A stretch of 64,000 bases of DNA, from contig NZ_OZ241977.1 in the NCBI RefSeq assembly GCF_965204145.1, positions 2,114,840 through 2,178,839 of the forward strand, in the 5' to 3' direction. Shown in pieces: positions 63,363-64,000 of the stretch (the stretch's first letter is position 1; every line of letters starts with the position of its first letter). The notes below the pieces were generated by a model. That model was not told the origin of the DNA. It did not search any database and saw nothing but the letters and a program-made list of their open reading frames with translations. Both the position numbers and the translations under genes were made by a program. This stretch comes from Candidatus Poriferisocius sp. (GTDB taxonomy: Bacteria; Actinomycetota; Acidimicrobiia; Acidimicrobiales; Bin134).

Positions 63363-63701
63363 TCAGTCGAACTGCGAGAACACCAAGTAGTAGCAGTCTT
63401 CGTATGCGTACCGTGAGGATACGGTGAACTCGACTGCTGGCGTGCCGGTCTCATCCCACTGGCACTGGGCCATCTGTTCGCAGACATCTCTCCGCGCATC
63501 GCCCATCGTGGGAGAACCGAGCGCCCACTGAGCAGACCCCCATTCGGCAGAGTCGCGCTCATCCACCAGAGCGCGTTCACACCTGTTGACAGCGAGGTTC
63601 CAGCCCGGATGCTCACGCGCCGTCTCAGGCGTCTTTGGAGCGTCCGATCCGCATCCGGCGACGAGCATCAGCGCGGCGAGCAGTATTCCTAACCACTTCA
63701 A
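63363..63701 (-). CDS. Putative Cys-rich lipoprotein
   Basis: LKWLGILLAALMLVAGC lipobox. TTG 63701 follows AAGGGGG (GTG 63746 is an alternative). The stop lies 1 nt before the next gene's start. Confidence 0.5.
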   Translation of the reverse strand: MKWLGILLAALMLVAGCGSDAPKTPETAREHPGWNLAVNRCERALVDERDSAEWGSAQWALGSPTMGDARRDVCEQMAQCQWDETGTPAVEFTVSSRYAYEDCYYLVFSQFD

Positions 63702-63901
63702 GGTGGCCCCCTTCGGCTGGTGAGTTGCCTCTTGCCGAAGACGCACGCACAGCCAAACCGAAGGGAGCCGCGCGAGGCGACTCCCCGAATTTGATATGGC
63801 TGTGCGGCATTAGAGCCTGCACGTCTTCGGCACCGGCCACGGTAGCACAGAGCGGGCGATGGCGGTCCTCTGTTGTCGAACGCCTCCGCTAATATCGGAG
63901 A

Positions 63902-64000
63902 ATGGAGACAGATGACGTGCGAGCGCCGGAAGACGAGTTGCCGGAAGAGCTAGAAGACGCCTACGACCCGGAAGAAGTGTTCGTGTTTGAGGGCACGCCG
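63902..64000 (+). CDS. 5' end of an acidic hypothetical protein, truncated by the window edge
   Basis: ATG 63902 after GGAGA; METDDVRAPEDELPEELEDAYDPEEVFVFEGTP... is open to the window end. Confidence 0.25.
   Translation, partial: METDDVRAPEDELPEELEDAYDPEEVFVFEGTP

Noticed and set aside
1-64000. CRISPR arrays, tRNA, tmRNA and rRNA genes
   Set aside because: No regularly spaced direct repeats with unique spacers were seen; the tandem repeats found are short, coding and in frame. Intergenic regions (3239-3419, 3819-3940, 50294-50608, 53685-54129, 58234-58566, 62489-62657) contain no cloverleaf-like or rRNA-like sequence that I could recognise by eye.

Overview
High-G+C, actinobacterium-like chromosomal window (the phylum call is an inference from composition, leaderless or overlapping gene junctions and gene families). 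I found no rRNA, tRNA or CRISPR array. The backbone is metabolic: two cytochrome P450s, two tandem-domain family III CoA-transferases, MaoC hydratase, thioesterases, several SDRs, three LLM/F420-type oxidoreductases, epoxide hydrolase, ilvE, ppgK, a TPP enzyme, D-aminoacylase, and a heme/iron ABC importer with an MhuD-like heme monooxygenase. Accessory DNA is inserted into this backbone. (1) A visibly low-GC three-gene cassette at 20.3-23.3 kb encodes a TcmP-like protein, a three-Cys DUF5131/Gp37-Gp68 protein and an HsdR-N-type PD-(D/E)xK protein. (2) An SRA-like-HNH endonuclease lies next to an 8.7 kb island at 38.6-47.3 kb. The island is bounded by 48-bp direct repeats that duplicate the 3' end of a DUF3516 helicase gene. 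It carries a 1674-aa DnaQ-exonuclease/DinG/RecQ triple fusion, an SF1 helicase with a degenerate nuclease head, an LLM oxidoreductase and a Phd-VapC pair, but no recombinase. (3) A 50-64 kb region holds TA modules, including an unusual four-cistron Doc operon. It also holds a 1127-aa NERD-NACHT STAND protein with a DUF4145-like neighbour, a low-GC N-terminally truncated DNA-methyltransferase-like gene, an IS1595 transposase and small lipoproteins. Also notable are an in-frame TGA giving a U-G-S-C motif (probable selenoprotein split in the ORF track) and a frameshift in the helicase gene that sits exactly on a C_CCA_AAU slippery heptamer. All family assignments rest on motif reading and memory, since no searches were run. 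Many long ORFs in the track are high-GC shadow ORFs and were discarded.
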